The notes beneath the pieces are model-generated. The model ran no database searches. It saw only the letters and a list, made by a program, of their open reading frames with translations, and was not told where the DNA came from. DNA of 54,883 nucleotides, the filler included, from Basidioascus undulatus (Eukaryota): NCBI GenBank assembly GCA_000826855.1. It is 3 parts of 3 records of this genome, joined end to end, with 100 filler letters (N's around TTAATTAATTAA, not from the genome) between each part and the next. Parts side by side here need not be neighbours in the genome. Positions count along the whole stretch, not along the records: positions 36,663 to 54,883 come from JTLS01000480.1; 2 more parts are not named here. One strand, written 5' to 3'. This document shows positions 38,584-51,588 of this stretch, piece after piece. A program made the position numbers and the translations under genes. Each line of letters opens with the position of its first letter. The first letter of the stretch is position 1.

Positions 38584-38923
38584 TCACTTCTGGAGCACGA
38601 GCTTTTCACCCGACTGTTCCCGCCCCCAACGCGGGTCAGCGGCCGATGCCGAAGGGAGAAGGAAAGACAGCAGCTGCAACCGCACCCGGTTGATTTTTTT
38701 GCCCGTCGCGTCGGTCACGAGCGTGTACATGATCTTACTGTAGAGTGGGTATTATGTCGGTTTCGGGCACCTCGAGGCCATGGACGCGGGGGAGGTGGCG
38801 GGAGGAGGGTGAGGCAAGTGGGCAAGCGTACCCGCGGGGGGTCTTGTAGATGTAGACGATCGTGGCCGAACCCGAAGTCGAGCCGACGGGGTAGTAGACC
38901 CTGTCAAAGAGCTGGAATTCCAT
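38584..38923 (-). CDS. 57-aa spliced microprotein, Tudor/SH3-like (Hva1-like by inference)
   Basis: Exons 38923-38832, 38737-38686 and 38613-38584 with GT-AG introns and matching phases give MEFQLFDRVYYPVGSTSGSATIVYIYKTPRGKIMYTLVTDATGKKINRSGEKLVLQK*. Confidence 0.65.
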
Positions 38924-39952
38924 TTTCGGGATGGTTTGGGCTAGAAGAGGGGGTGACTGTGTGTAGACGAGGAAAAGGTCTGCAGAAGCGCCCGCCACAC
39001 CAGGTCCAAGTCAGTCCTCGCCCGCTCACAGCCCTACTCTCCAAAGAAGGAACTCACGCGTAGCAAGTGCGATCTCAAAACAGTGTATAGCTCTGGGACG
39101 GGTAGGCGCTTCAGGCGGTGGTAGCGTGCGAAGTCCAACCCTCCTCTCGCGTCCCAGCCCAGCTTTTATTCCTCGAGTGCCCAGCGAGCGAGCGCGGCGA
39201 GCTGTGATATCCGCAGATGAGGATGTGTGCTCTCTCGGAATCAAGGCCGCGAGAACCAGGACCGGATAGTGAAGGATCCAAACTCCGGGGCGGCAGCGCA
39301 GTGTTGCGCAATGTGGACGGCGGATTAGCGGCGGCGCGACTCGGCGTCGGTGGGAGGCAGGCGGAGCGCGCACAGGGAAGATTGTCGGGCTGTTTGGCTC
39401 CCGTTTCGCATGCTGGCGGCGATCCTAGGTTGTGGGAAGTAGGCCCTTCCAGAATAATCCAAAGATCTACAGGCGAATTGAGTCCGGGGAAGTCGCCATG
39501 CAATAAGACAGGCTCGAAAGTCGGACGCACAAATTTTCACGACAACGATGTGTAGGCAGGAGGGTTACTCGGTAGCAGGGGAGAAATCATCACGGATATG
39601 TGATGGCGGAATCAAGCGACTTCATGGACTGGCGATCGCGACCAGGGCGCAACGCACGGGCTTCAGCAGTGTTGCTTCTGATGTCCGCCACTCGTGCGTA
39701 TAGAATTTCAGAGCCAGCCAAGCTGATGGCATTGTCACTGCAACTTCGAGGACTCTAATCCGCGTGTGGCCCAGGCTGCGAGCGGCTGGCGACCTAGCTG
39801 CCGGTAAGTAGTCCTAATTCGCTATGCACCAGCCATGCTTTCAACAGCAACGTTCTATCACATACATGCTATCACCGCGACGGAGCCCTAGTGGCCTCCA
39901 TAAATTCCGCCACGCGTGCATGCGCTCCGATCCAATATCCGCCCTAACCCTT

Positions 39953-41808
39953 CTAAGCCCACCCCTCCAGCCCCGGCCCCCCAAGCTCGCTGACCTTCCT
40001 CCCCCTCCCGGCGCCCCAAACCTCTCTCGCCACCCTCCTTTCCACCTCCTCCGCGATCCCCATCGCGGCCGTCAACCCGGGGCTCTCAATGCCCAGTAAG
40101 TTGACCAAGCCGTGCATCCCCTCGAAGTCATGTAGGATCTCAAAGTCGCGCGTCTGTCCGCTGGCGGGGTCGCGCGTCTTTGGACGGATGCCGCTCTGGT
40201 CGGGCGAGAAGCCCTCGGGGGAGACGTTGGGCAGGTACCGCTGTACGGCGGAGATTATGCTGGGGAGCCGGGAGGAGGAGGGGACGAGGTGCGACGACCA
40301 GGGGTCGGCGAGGGTGGGGCAGTGCGGGAGGTGCTCGACGTCGGGGCCGAACTTGATTGATCCGTCGAGGGAGAGGGTCAGGTGCGTGCCTAGCCCCGCG
40401 AGCGACGGCTCTGGGCACGGGTAGAGAAGGCGCTGGACGTGCGAGACGCCGGGGCCTTTGTAGGAGCACCAGGAGCCTGCGGAGAGCGCGAAGCGGGTGC
40501 AGTGAGCGCGATGTGCGGAGAGTGAAGGGGATGGGTAGGCGGGAGAGGGGAAGCGTTGAGTGGTAGAGGGGAAGAGGAACAGGAAGGGTGTGCGGACCTT
40601 TAGCGAACCACAGCTCCCGCTGTTGGTCAGGAGGAAGGACGTGGTTCATTATGGTGTGCGCGTTCAGGCCGGCGCTGTTGATCACGCAGCGCGCGAGGAG
40701 GACGTCCGGCTTGCCGGAGCCCTCCGTGAGAGTCTGCACAACGTAGCCGCGGTCGGCGCCCTCTGTTTCGCAAGGACATCAGCACGCTTCGCAGGGGAGT
40801 TGGAAAGGCCTCAAGCATACCTCCCGGAGAAGTGGACTCTGGCCGCCACGGATCAATCCTGACGACGCTCGTGCCGTACACCAACTCCCCCGGTTCAGAC
40901 TCCTGGATATCCTGCTCGAAGCTCTCCATCAACCTGCCCCCATCCATCCCACCTTCAGCGCCGGAACTGGACTCCCCCGGCCGCCAGACAGCCAAGACGC
41001 ACCCATGCGAATCCACGATTCCCGTCTCCCGGCTCCACAGCGCCGCGACCGTCCCCTCCGTCAAGTCCGGCTCGAGCTCGCGCGCCTCCGCGCCGGACAT
41101 GAGCGACGTGGGGACGCCCACGCGGTGCGTGTGCGCGTGTAGGTTGGTGAGGTAGGATTGTTGCGCGGGGGAGGTGGCGATCACGAGCTGGTGAGGCGGC
41201 AGGCGGGAGGGATGAGGTTCAGGCCAGGGGGAGGGAGGGAAGAGGATGTAAGGGACGCGCACCTTGCCCAGCTTCTGATGCCCTATTCCTCGCGCTTCGC
41301 ATCGCGAGTAAAGGAGCTCACGCCCGCGAATGCACAGCTTGGTCTTGAAGGAGTCGGCGGGGTAGCTGGTTCGGTCCTTATCAGCTTGCGGCTTGCCCTC
41401 ACCAGGAACGGATTCACCTACTAGATGCCAGCATGAATGACTTCGGAGTTGCGCGAACTGAACAATCCGCATCCTCAGGTAAATCGCAGTTCAGAGTGCC
41501 CGGGAAATGCAGCGGTAGAAGTGGGAGGAGAGGGAAAGGGAACGAAGACGCACCTCGTCTCCTGCCCCGCCTGCTGATGCCGCTCAACAAGGTACGTCGA
41601 CTTTTCCGGAAAGCACTGGGAGAGCCTTGCAGCCACTGCCAGTCCCACCACGCCTGTTCTCCCCATTCCGCTCCCCGCTTCAGCTCCAGCCCAGATGATC
41701 GATGGGCGGGTAGCGCGACAGACCTCCGCCGATAACGAGGTGATCGACGACGCCCTCGGGCGCCTTGAATGGGAACCGCTGCCGCAGGGCTGCGAGAGTG
41801 GTGGCCAT
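39953..41808 (-). CDS. L2HGDH: L-2-hydroxyglutarate dehydrogenase (FAD-dependent, DAO family)
   Basis: DHLVIGG|GVVGLAVA, VERHQQAGQET|SSRNSEVIHAGIY|YPADSFKTKLCIRG, SRETGIVDSH, INSAGL, YPCPEPSLAGLGTHLTLSL..FGPDVE, PDQSGIRPK, VNLLGIESPGLTAAM. Confidence 0.95.
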
Positions 41809-42366
41809 GATGCCGGTGAGTATCTGGGTGGCCAGCAGTGAGCGAGTGGATGGTGGAGGTGAAGGTGGTGGTGAGGCGAGAAGCCATCCAGGACTTCGAC
41901 CAGAGCAGGGAGCGCCGGGCCGGAGCGGCGGCGGAGCGGTTATCGAAGGCCGAAGCAAGTCGCGTTCCCGACGCGTCCTCGCCGGAGCGCCGCTTGAGCA
42001 AAATCACATCCACGGGTCTTCTGCTTCTGTATGCTAATTTTTGCATATATAGATGATCCGCGTAACGCATTTTCAGAGGTTGTGGTGGATGGGCGGTTTG
42101 GCGGACACGGGCCCGGAGCCCGTAAAGAGGTCTAGAAAGCGGCCCCGGTTCAACTGTTCTCACCATGAAGACAGCAGTACCGGCACCCAAACACGAAAGC
42201 TGAATATGCTAGAATAATATCATGGCATCCAGTCAGACGGCGGCACGGCGCTTAGCGGACGCTCGCTCGATGCACAATTCGCATCCGCCGCATCCGCGTC
42301 AGGTTGGCCCTCAACCACCAACTCTTCCTTTTCTTCGCTTTTTCACAACCTCTAGCATCTCACCCC

Positions 42367-43162
42367 ATGCGCTCAGCTCTTTATTTACCATTCGACGTCT
42401 TCCCACTCGTCGTCGAACAAGCGGCCGCCCCAGATCATCCACTGTCATACTCGCGCGACAGCGCGACGCTCGCAACCTGCCTCGTGTGCATGGCTTACTG
42501 CCTCAAGTGCCCTGTACAATTCGATCGTCTGCTACTAGAGCATCCGGAAAACTTGCCTCGCAACCACTTTCGACGCGCGGACAGACCTGGCACAGCACGT
42601 CCACTCGATCGGGCTTCGATGCTCGGACAGTTTTGACTGCCTTGGTATGAGTGACGCTCGTGGAGACGAGGTGTGCTCGATTCTCCGAAGCGTGGCTCAT
42701 AATGTTCGTCGGGTTGCCATGGAACACTCGTACATCCACGCTCTCAATTCGGAGAAAATTCACCGAGCGCTGAGAGACGCGCTGCACCTGGAGGAGTGCG
42801 TCGCCGAGTGGTTCGAAGGCCCAGCTTCTCTTGCTGCAGAATACCCCGCCTCTCGAAGGGCCGCTTAACTCTTCCCCTTAGTTTCCCGGAACATGTCGTC
42901 CCAGCTTCTCCCGTCCGCTCAGGTGGCCTCATCCACTTCATGTCTGCGGCACCACAGCTGGACGAGATGTGGGAGCCACTCAAAAGCTTCGTCCTCTCCC
43001 TGGACCGATCGCAGGCCTAAGAAGGTTATCATACTCTGCGACACCCTCAGAGCAGATAAGAGGGCGTTGGTCAACGCCCGCGTGGCCGAGTTGCAAGCTG
43101 GTAGGCCGGGCGTCGACGTGCGCTGCATCAGGCAGAACAAGAGCTACCATGTTGCCGAGTAA
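42367..43162 (+). pseudogene. F-box-like protein, degenerate copy A
   Basis: LPFDVFPLVVEQAAAPDHPLSYSRDSATLATCLVC has an F-box-like N-terminus. Coding-like text continues across several frames and stops. Confidence 0.6.
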
Positions 43163-43365
43163 AAGTTGTGCTTTGAGTTAGCACTTGAGGGGATACTATG
43201 GGATATGGGAACTATGGGAAGTTGAACCCGGCATGCCGATACCAGTCCTGGTTTCTTCTTGTGTTCCACCATGCATCGTCTGCCATTCTTTTCCACTTTG
43301 AATGGCATCCTGAAATACATCAATTTGTAACACATTTGACTGCAGAGCTTGAGGAACTCCTTGTC

Positions 43366-43395
43366 AGAGAGAGAGAGAGAGAGAGTGTGTGTGTG
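43366..43395. repeat. Compound microsatellite (AG)n(TG)n
   Basis: AG run followed directly by a TG run. Confidence 0.9.
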
Positions 43396-44339
43396 TTATG
43401 TGAACGGGGACATGCCACCAATGGAGCCGATCGGTGCGGCGACCCAACCTTCACAGCCTCAGTACACTGGGTTACCTGGCTATTGTTCTGTCCTGTGAAG
43501 TTTGAGATTGTTTATATGCTATTCTAATTCAACTCGAATTGGTATTGCTAGGTTCGGCTTGCCAACAGTCATTCACCTGCCCTGCTATCTGATGCTCGCC
43601 AATCGCCATTTTTCCAGGGTTTCAAAGACCCACTTGTCTTGAAAAGATTCAAGTTCAGCCTTTCAACAGACTTTTGAGGTAGCTGGAGTAATTTTTCCTG
43701 CCTCTGATGGTCGAGTATCACCTTGCCCCAGCCTTCAAGTGACTCGGATCTACCTGCAAGGGAGCGTGGCAGCAAACCGGGAGCACTCTTAATGGGCATA
43801 TCGGCATACGGACCCTGTCTTCTGCGTCTTCATATATTAATGGGAGATGTATGTATGTTCAAAAGCAAGTTCCATGAAGGCTTTGTGACTAGCTGTATTC
43901 CCACCAGCTGCCATTTGATGCTTACCGGCGGGCATCATTCTACGAACCTTCATGACTCGGTTGAGGCCAGTTTAAATATCCAAGATCGCTTTCAAAAAGC
44001 TAGAGAAGTCTTCACATGCGGTTCCAGTATGCACGTCTCTGTCGCCTCACCTGCAGCGGTGGCGGCTGGCCGCATGACCACTACACAAGGTTGCACACCT
44101 CAAGCTGCATTGGTAACGATAGGAAGTCCTCGAGCAACCAAAATATCCTCTCCCTCTGGAAGATGTAATAGGCGAGTAGTTTTGGTTGAGGCACAGACCA
44201 CCATGGAAGTACCTTCTGCGATCTTCCGAACGCCAATTTCGTCTCGAATCGAACCATCCTCGCCTTCACCCAATTGCTAGTAGGCGCTTCAAGCCGTCGC
44301 CATGAGCTCTGACCCAACACGCAGCCACTTGTGCTCCCC

Positions 44340-46092
44340 CGTGCTCACCGTTAATGAAATGCAAGCGGAGCTCGGGGTTGCGGAAAGGGGCAGCAGAAAG
44401 CCGGGTTACTAGTGAGTTCTGGACATGGAAATAAGTCGCTTATGGTCTTTCGCCTTGGTTTCTGCTCAAGTTGAACTGCTGACGGTCCGGTCAACAGCTT
44501 TTTCACTGCCAACATGGGTACCGGAGCTGTCGCCATCCTTATCTGGGGTTGTCCCTTCCAGTTCAACAGGCAGCGGGCACTCGAAACCTTATTCTTCATG
44601 ATTGACCTTGTCCTCTTCCTCGTTGGATACTCTTGCTTCATGAGACTTGGTGAAAGCGGACTGACTGCCCCTTCCTAGGTCAACATCTACGGCGTTCTGT
44701 TACGGGCTCTTTTCCACCCACAGGCTTTTAAATCTAGTTTCTTAGATCACGAGGACGGTCTTTTTGTGTGTTAATTTCCCTAAAGAATTAGAGTTCGAAG
44801 GACTGACCAATTCACTCCGCACTGCGCAGTTGCCGTGCGCGAACCTGTCGTTCGCTACACTTTTTGTCTGTACGCAAGCAACTGATATATCCAGTCAGAC
44901 ACTACCTTTCACCTTCTTACGAACTGACTCCAACAGGCGTGATCGATTACGGAGTGCCGTGCTACGGCTTCTGGCTCATCCGGGGGCTGCATGTCGTGTG
45001 GTTCGCCTGTGAGTCAGCATCGCCTTGAGTCTTGCCCCGTATAGGGCCATTTTCATAACATAAAAACGTTTGGATATTATTCTACGCGCAGATGTAAGTG
45101 ATTCGTCCTCTTCTTTTCTTCGCATGGTAAGCTTCTCACTCACGCACGTCTACACCATAGATCGGGGCCGGCTTCTTCGTAGGAATGCTTCTGCAGTGGA
45201 CTGTGTGGGCGGCCTTCCGCATTTCCACCTCCTTTTCAATACCGCTTAGCACAGCCATCCTTGTTTTTCAGTCGCGGTCGCCTTCGCTCCATCACCATCG
45301 TTACACCTGCCGACCTGCTACCTGTCTTCCTGCTGCGTTGAGTCATTTACTGCAACTACTTTGTTCCAGTGTCACCCTTTCGAACTGAAACTATCGGCTT
45401 TTTTTCTCATGGCGAACATATTTGTAGTTGCTGGGACTCTGGGGTTCGCGCTCGCTCCAAAGCTACCCGCGGAGCAAGCCGTCTACGTGAACATCCGCTG
45501 GTACATTCTTCAGGGCATGGGCTTCATAATGTCCATATTTAATTACGCTTGATACTGAGATCTACCACTAGAAGTGCTTCCTGTTTGCGACATCGGTCTC
45601 CCTCGAGGGCAGGATCGATGCTGGCCATGTGCCCTGATCAGCTCACCAGGTTCTTCATGACATCCGCTGGTCTTGGCGAGATGATACCCTCAAAAAATTT
45701 TCGTGAGTTCATTCCGGCTCGCTGCCTGAAGATCAAGCAGCCCAGTTATTGATGCCAATATTCTCCACGTTAGGGTAATCCAAGCTATCGGGCTCTTCTT
45801 CGTCTTTTTCACTTTGCTCATCAACAGCACGACGACCGTGCACCACTGCCTCACGTACAAGCTTCTCGTTGCAAGGCAACCCAAGGAAGAACCTCATGAT
45901 TCTCTAGAAGGAGAAGAAGAGCATAAGATGTACACCCAGCCCAGTGCGGTTGTCTTTAAGCCTCGCACTCATGCCCAAGTTCGTGGGGACGCGCAGCGAG
46001 GGCGGCATGGGCTTGTAGATGGCGTCGTACGGCTGTTCTACAGATTCACGCATGAGCATTTGCAGGTCATTGGCTTAACTTGCAGTGTGTGA
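44340..46092 (+). pseudogene. TDT/SLAC1 family (Mae1/Ssu1-like) anion channel, apparently degenerate
   Basis: FFTANMGTGAVAILI..ETLFFMIDLVLFL|VNIYGVLLRALFHPQAFKSSFLDHEDGLF|LPCANLSFATL..IDYG; TPADLLPVFL; WYILQGMGFIMS. The 5' start and 3' half appear broken. Ends approximate. Confidence 0.7.
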
Positions 46093-46708
46093 CAACCCGG
46101 TGTGCTCTGGAGGTTTCTCGAAAACCTTGAGTTGTGGCAGCGAATGCGTCTGCTGGAAACACTGCTTTGGGGTGTCGATGAAACTGAGGATCGCATGATA
46201 GAATAGAGGGCCGTGCACTGCTTATTCAGAACACACGTTGAGATTTAATTGATTGGTTTGTGTTCCCCTTTAGGTAGTCAATCAGATTGCCCACTTGCAA
46301 GGAAGCCTGAAAGGAAAGAGTAATCTGTCCAGCGGGTCTCCAGTGATCTGTCGAGTGACATGGCCACTATTATTTCTTGTGAAAGTCAAGAGTATCTTCA
46401 AATGTCTACTTTAAATGCTGCACAGATTCATTACCTTGGACTTGCGCTTTTTGCATTGAGATCGGTTTGCACTCCGATGCTTACTGGCCACAAATTTTCT
46501 GGCATCCACTCGTCTCGCACGAAATCGCCCTTCAAAACTCATTTGACAGTTGCACAACCTACATACAACCTACAGCCAGACTGGCAACGTCCACCTATCT
46601 GTCGTCTGCCTGCACACTTCCTGTTGCCGGCAGCGCACGAGTTGCATGCACGTCTGCTCAACTTGGGTTGCCCTTCAACCACCATCATCTCCTCACTCCC
46701 ATCCAGTT

Positions 46709-47310
46709 CATGACTCACTCGATCGCTCACGCTTCGCGCCCAACACCTCGTTTACCTAACGACGGTCTTGGACTCATTGTCGAACAGGCGGCCGCGCCGG
46801 ACCACCCGCTCGCATACTCGCGCGATAGCCCCACGCTCGCTGCCCTCTGCCTCGTGTGCAAGACCCTCTATCACTCCGCATCAAAGGCCCTCTACACTTC
46901 GATCGTCTGTTCCAGCGTACTCAGCAGACTTGTCTCGTTACCACACTCAGCGCTCGGGGTGATCTGGCCAAGCACGTTCACTCGATCGCGCTCCGTTGCA
47001 CACATCCTCTCGTCCCAGGCGGGCCTGCTCATGAGGCACGCGGGGCCGAACTAAGCTCCATTCTTCGTAGCCGAACGCCCGGCGTGTCGCTACGGATTAC
47101 TCGATCTATGACTTCCTGCATGTCAACTTGGTCAGGGCTCGTCAAATCTTGAGCGGCGCGGTTCAGCTAGAGGAGTGTGTTGGCAAGTGGATCGGCATTC
47201 CGTCTCTCACTGTCAACTTTCCTGGATGTCAAAGAGCCGCCCATACCCGCTTCATGAAATGGAGGAATCTGAGTCCCTGGTCACCTGGACCATGTCGAAC
47301 ATCACTTTAA
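46709..47310 (+). pseudogene. F-box-like protein, degenerate copy B (paralog of 42367-43162)
   Basis: PRLPNDGLGLIVEQAAAPDHPLAYSRDSPTLAALCLVCKTLYHSASKALYTSI, then frame changes. QLEECVGKW matches HLEECVAEW in copy A. Confidence 0.6.
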
Positions 47311-49125
47311 GCTGGGACGAGTGGGCCGGTGGGGCCGAGTCGTGAGGACCAATAACTCACCGGGAGAGGTGGACGGAGGTGAGGCTCCATGCGGTACGTT
47401 TTTTCCGTCTTCTCCTTGGATGTCGTTCGTCTTGGCTGCGTTCTAAGCACAGTCTCGCTCGCAGGTGATGTGAAGGCAAGTTATGCGGCCTACAGCTTGA
47501 TCCCCAAGATTTTTCCTCCACAAGCAACTATCAGTTATCATCGTCTCCTAGTCTATCCACCTAAAGTCGACTTTACTGCAACGCCGCACTCGAAAGACCG
47601 CCATGTCAGACGGAGACCTGTTTTGGAACCCGCAAGTCAAGCGGCTACTCATACCCCTAAAGAACAAGCACTAATAAGAAATATTTTCCACCGGTTTTCA
47701 CTAGAATCTTGATTGGGAAGTGGCTGTCTGTCGTCTTCGATTGTATCGTATTCTGAAATTTCATTCAATTCGGACGATTGTAGGCGACTGGGTAAGCGAG
47801 TTCACAGTCAATCTTCATGATTATTCTGAGGAGAATAAACCAAAACATGCAAGTCCACTACTACGTCGGTCAGGTCGTTCCTGCGCTTTCTTGCCATGGT
47901 CTGCACTGAGCTGATGTGATTCCAGGGGACGAATCCGTGGGCACTCCTTTACCTTTTCATCTACACGCTTTACCCTGAAAGGCTCTCGACGCTTTTTTTT
48001 TTGTGGCCCTGCTGCACAGAGGCAAGGTAAAGTGGTCGACATCCTCTACCATCATCGCACACAGCACTTCAAGATCAAGATGTGAGGAATCGGCTTTGCC
48101 TCGCTGCACAATCCCTCATTCCGGTTGATTGACCCGGAAGGTGCAACGCAGAGAGACCGCAACGGGAACGAGTACGAGGGTACGACAGCGCGGCAATGAA
48201 TGCAAGACATTGCGAACTGATCGACAACACCATCATAGGCGGTTCGCAGAGGACCTCTTCCCCGCACCTGGCCCCCCAGAGCGTGGATGAATCGCTGCGG
48301 GACTGCGTACGATGCGTTGAGAACCACCCGAACGAGGCCCTCAAGGGCACCCCATGCGTTTATTCCCTGCATTTGTTGCCGTGTTCGAGGTACCCTAGCA
48401 CCATCGCGCTATTTAATACTTGTGTTTTGTCGGACAGTTCGGGCGGATGAAGGACCAACGAAGAAAACGAGACGCAAGGTATTCCATCATTGAAAAGCTG
48501 CAGGACGATGGCCCAATGCCGTTTGCGACCGAAAGGAAGCCCGGTTCGGGCGGCGAAAGAACACCGGGGACACGAATTGAAATGATGTCGCACAGTTAGT
48601 AAGACGGATGGATTGCTTTCAGAAAACATTCTGGCTGAGAACAAGAGTCGAGCCGAGCCGAGCTCCGGACTCATTTTGCCAGAGCGGGAAGCAAGCGAAG
48701 CGGGATGAGAGATAACAACGAGAAGAGTAAAACATGCTGAGCACGGATCGGAAGTGCATGCATGTCATGTGAGCGAGGCTGCTTGCGATGACGATTCCAG
48801 GATCGGGCGTGGAGCAGAAGGAGATAGGGTGGAATGGGAGTGAGCATGCGAGAGTGCAGTTCCGAGGGTTGCGATGGAAGTGGAGATTTCGGACTGGGCA
48901 AACTCGGGAGAAGAGACCTGATCGAGATCGAACCGCTGTTGGAGATGGAGTCGTGTGAGATGAGTTGTGAGATGAGTGCCATGTCATGAAAACGAGAACG
49001 ACATCGAAATGAGCCGAGCCGGCCCAAAAGTGAGTCCCAACAGCTAGCAATCCGAAAATGCCAATTATCCGAAGTAAAAGAGTCCGTGCCCCCGTAGCCT
49101 GCGTCGAAAGATCAACCGTCCGTTC

Positions 49126-50223
49126 CTAATCGACCCGCACCACCGTCGGGCCCTCCCGCATGCGCGACCAGAAAGCGCTCCCGTCGAGCGCGCGCCCCAG
49201 CTCCTCCGCGCTGCGCGGGAGCGCACGCACGCCGTGCTCGTACATGAGTTCGGGGACCCACAGTCGCGCGGGGTCGTCGGCGCTGATGGGAGAGAGGAGG
49301 GTGCGGTGGAGGGACCACCAGTCGTATACTTGGGTGTCTGGGTGAGATGAAAGTCAGATGCGGTGCGCGGAGTTAGAGGAGGGGGTGGAAAGATTGGATT
49401 GGGCAAAAAGGGGCGCATGGGAAAAGAAGAAGGGAAACGGGGAAGGGGAAGAAAGGGGAAGGGGCAAGGAGCAGCAATCCACCAGTCAAGATCCACCGTT
49501 CCCCGGACGTAAAGTCCCTATGCAGCAGCACAACAGCCCTAGCCACATCCTGCCCATGCACGAAATGCACGCTCCTCTTCCCCGCGAGCGCCTCCTTAGT
49601 CGGGGCGACCTTCACCAAAAAGTTCCGCACGACGCGCGCGCCGCCGTGCAGCCCGGCGAGGTTGAGCACGCACGCCTCCGTCTTCTCAAGCGAGAGGAGC
49701 TCCTGCTCTGCTTGGAAGCGCGGGTTCGTCGGGTTCGGCGGGGAGTTGCGGTTGATCCAGCGGAAGGGTGGGGGCTTTTCGGCCGCGGGGGAAGCGGTGG
49801 ATGAGGACCGGCCGCCTGAGGGGAGGACGAGTGAGGGGGAAGCGGTCGAGAGGGGAGGAGAAAAGACGCACCGTCCCAGATCCCCGTGCTCCCAAGCTGG
49901 ATCCACCTCCCCCCCGGCCCATGCACGCCCTCGTAACCCCGCACAAGCGTCTTCGTCGGCCCCTCGCCCCTCAGCGGAAAGATAATAACGATCGTCCGCG
50001 CCTTGGGAAGGCGCGCGAACGCCGCTCGCTGATCCTCCTCTCGCGCTTCAGGATCGAACTCGAACTGGATCGAGTTGGGGGAGGAGGAGGGGGAGCGGGA
50101 GGTGTACGCGTGCGAGATTTGCTGAGAGGAGAGGAGCGGGAGGAGGAACTGGGACGTCCAGCCGGAGCCGAGGAGGAGGAACTCCACTGGTTCGGGTTGG
50201 GCGGTAGAGGAGGAGGAAGACAT
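49126..50223 (-). CDS. NAD(P)-binding Rossmann-fold protein (conserved fungal atypical SDR-like), 3 exons
   Basis: EFLLLGSGWTSQFLLPLL, LPKARTIVIIFP, RWIQLGSTGIW, PRFQAEQELL..VLNLAGLHGG, SVHFVHGQDVARAV..GERWILT|D..Y DWW, RALPR...LGRALD. Confidence 0.8.
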
Positions 50224-50306
50224 TTGGGGGGCCCGGCGAGGGGAGAGGCAGGAGAGAAGGACCATGGGCGCTGGAAGGAAAACACTCGTGAGCGGGAAGA
50301 CGCGCC

Positions 50307-51588
50307 TCAGATGAGGTCAGCTGGCGGGCTATCCGTCTCGCAAAAACTCTGTAGGCTCTGTTGTGAAATTTTCTGCGACTGTTGCATTGGGATCAACTCA
50401 TTATGGCCTTCCAGGAGCAGGCGGACCACAGGTGTAGGCAGCACTGCGGCATTAATTTCGCAATTTGCAATGATTTGCTTGTGACAACAACAGGTACCCT
50501 CTAAAGCTTTCAGGTCAATTTGTAGAGCGGCTTGTGTCTCTTCAAAAGACTGGAACATATAGCATGGAGTTGTAACCCAAACAGGAACGCAGAATGAACC
50601 TCAACAGCCGCACGATGACAACGGTCACCCCATCTTCTCCCAACCGCCTTCCGGCCCCGCTTGCAATCAAACTTGAATTGCAGAAATCATGATACCTTTG
50701 GGCTTGAGAATGTCCTCTATCCGCTTGAGCCAAAGCTCAAAGCTAGTGCTAAGGCCTAGCCCGCTCAACGCAATGCTCGGTCGGATGCGATATGCCTGAA
50801 AAGTTCCTCGAGGCCCTTCAATCTATCCATCCCTGGCGCACCGGAGAAGTCTAATGAGGTTGAAAACGCCAAGATGTGAAATTCAGCCAAGGACGGAAAC
50901 TCGACCTGGCGCAGCAGTCCGCCCCAAACCAACCAAGCCTGAGCGCCGATGGAGACCAAGGATACGTGCTGCAGGCATGGTTAAGAAAGCTTTTCATTGT
51001 GAGTCGCGGGTGGCTCTGCATAGACCGCTATTTTGCGGCAGGTCAAGCGCCGAAGGCCATACAAGAAGGACATGACCACCAACCAGGGCTTGGTCAAGTG
51101 TACTCCAGTGAGAGAAGTGAGCGAGTCTTGGAACGGAAATCCAGTGTGTTCGAGGGCGCCGTCAAACAGCAGGGATTGATAACTGATCTTGGACAGGGTG
51201 AGATGGTCCAGCACAGGCATTGAGGCAAGTGCCTCGAACAGTACCTCGGGTAATCTTTTAGTACCGTCGATCGAGACTTCGATCGAACGTATCTTCGAAG
51301 AGAGATATGGGACCAAGGTGCCAGCCGGGTGAAGCGACTTAATCAGCTTGATACAGGTCGCCGTCGAGTGCAGGGTGATGAAGTGGTAGAGCAGCGGTAA
51401 CGCGACTGGCTGGACAACCGCATCGTCAGCATCCAGAGTATCTCTCCTTGGCTACGAATGGGACTTACCGTCCAGTCCTTGCAGACCAGCAGGTACTGGA
51501 GCTTGTCCGCCGCCAAGGCACCGGCTGTGGCGAACTCGAGGATGCGGGAGAGCAGCTCCAATGGAATAGCGGTAATCGGAGCGGGCAT
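50307..51588 (-). pseudogene. F-box plus LRR-like protein with in-frame stops and a frameshift
   Basis: MPAPITAIPLELLSRILEFA..YLLVCKDWT|PVALPLLYHFITL, LASMPVLDHLTL, LTSLTGVHL, LRRLTC. A TAA at 50981 and a TGA at 50765 interrupt the same frame. Confidence 0.7.
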
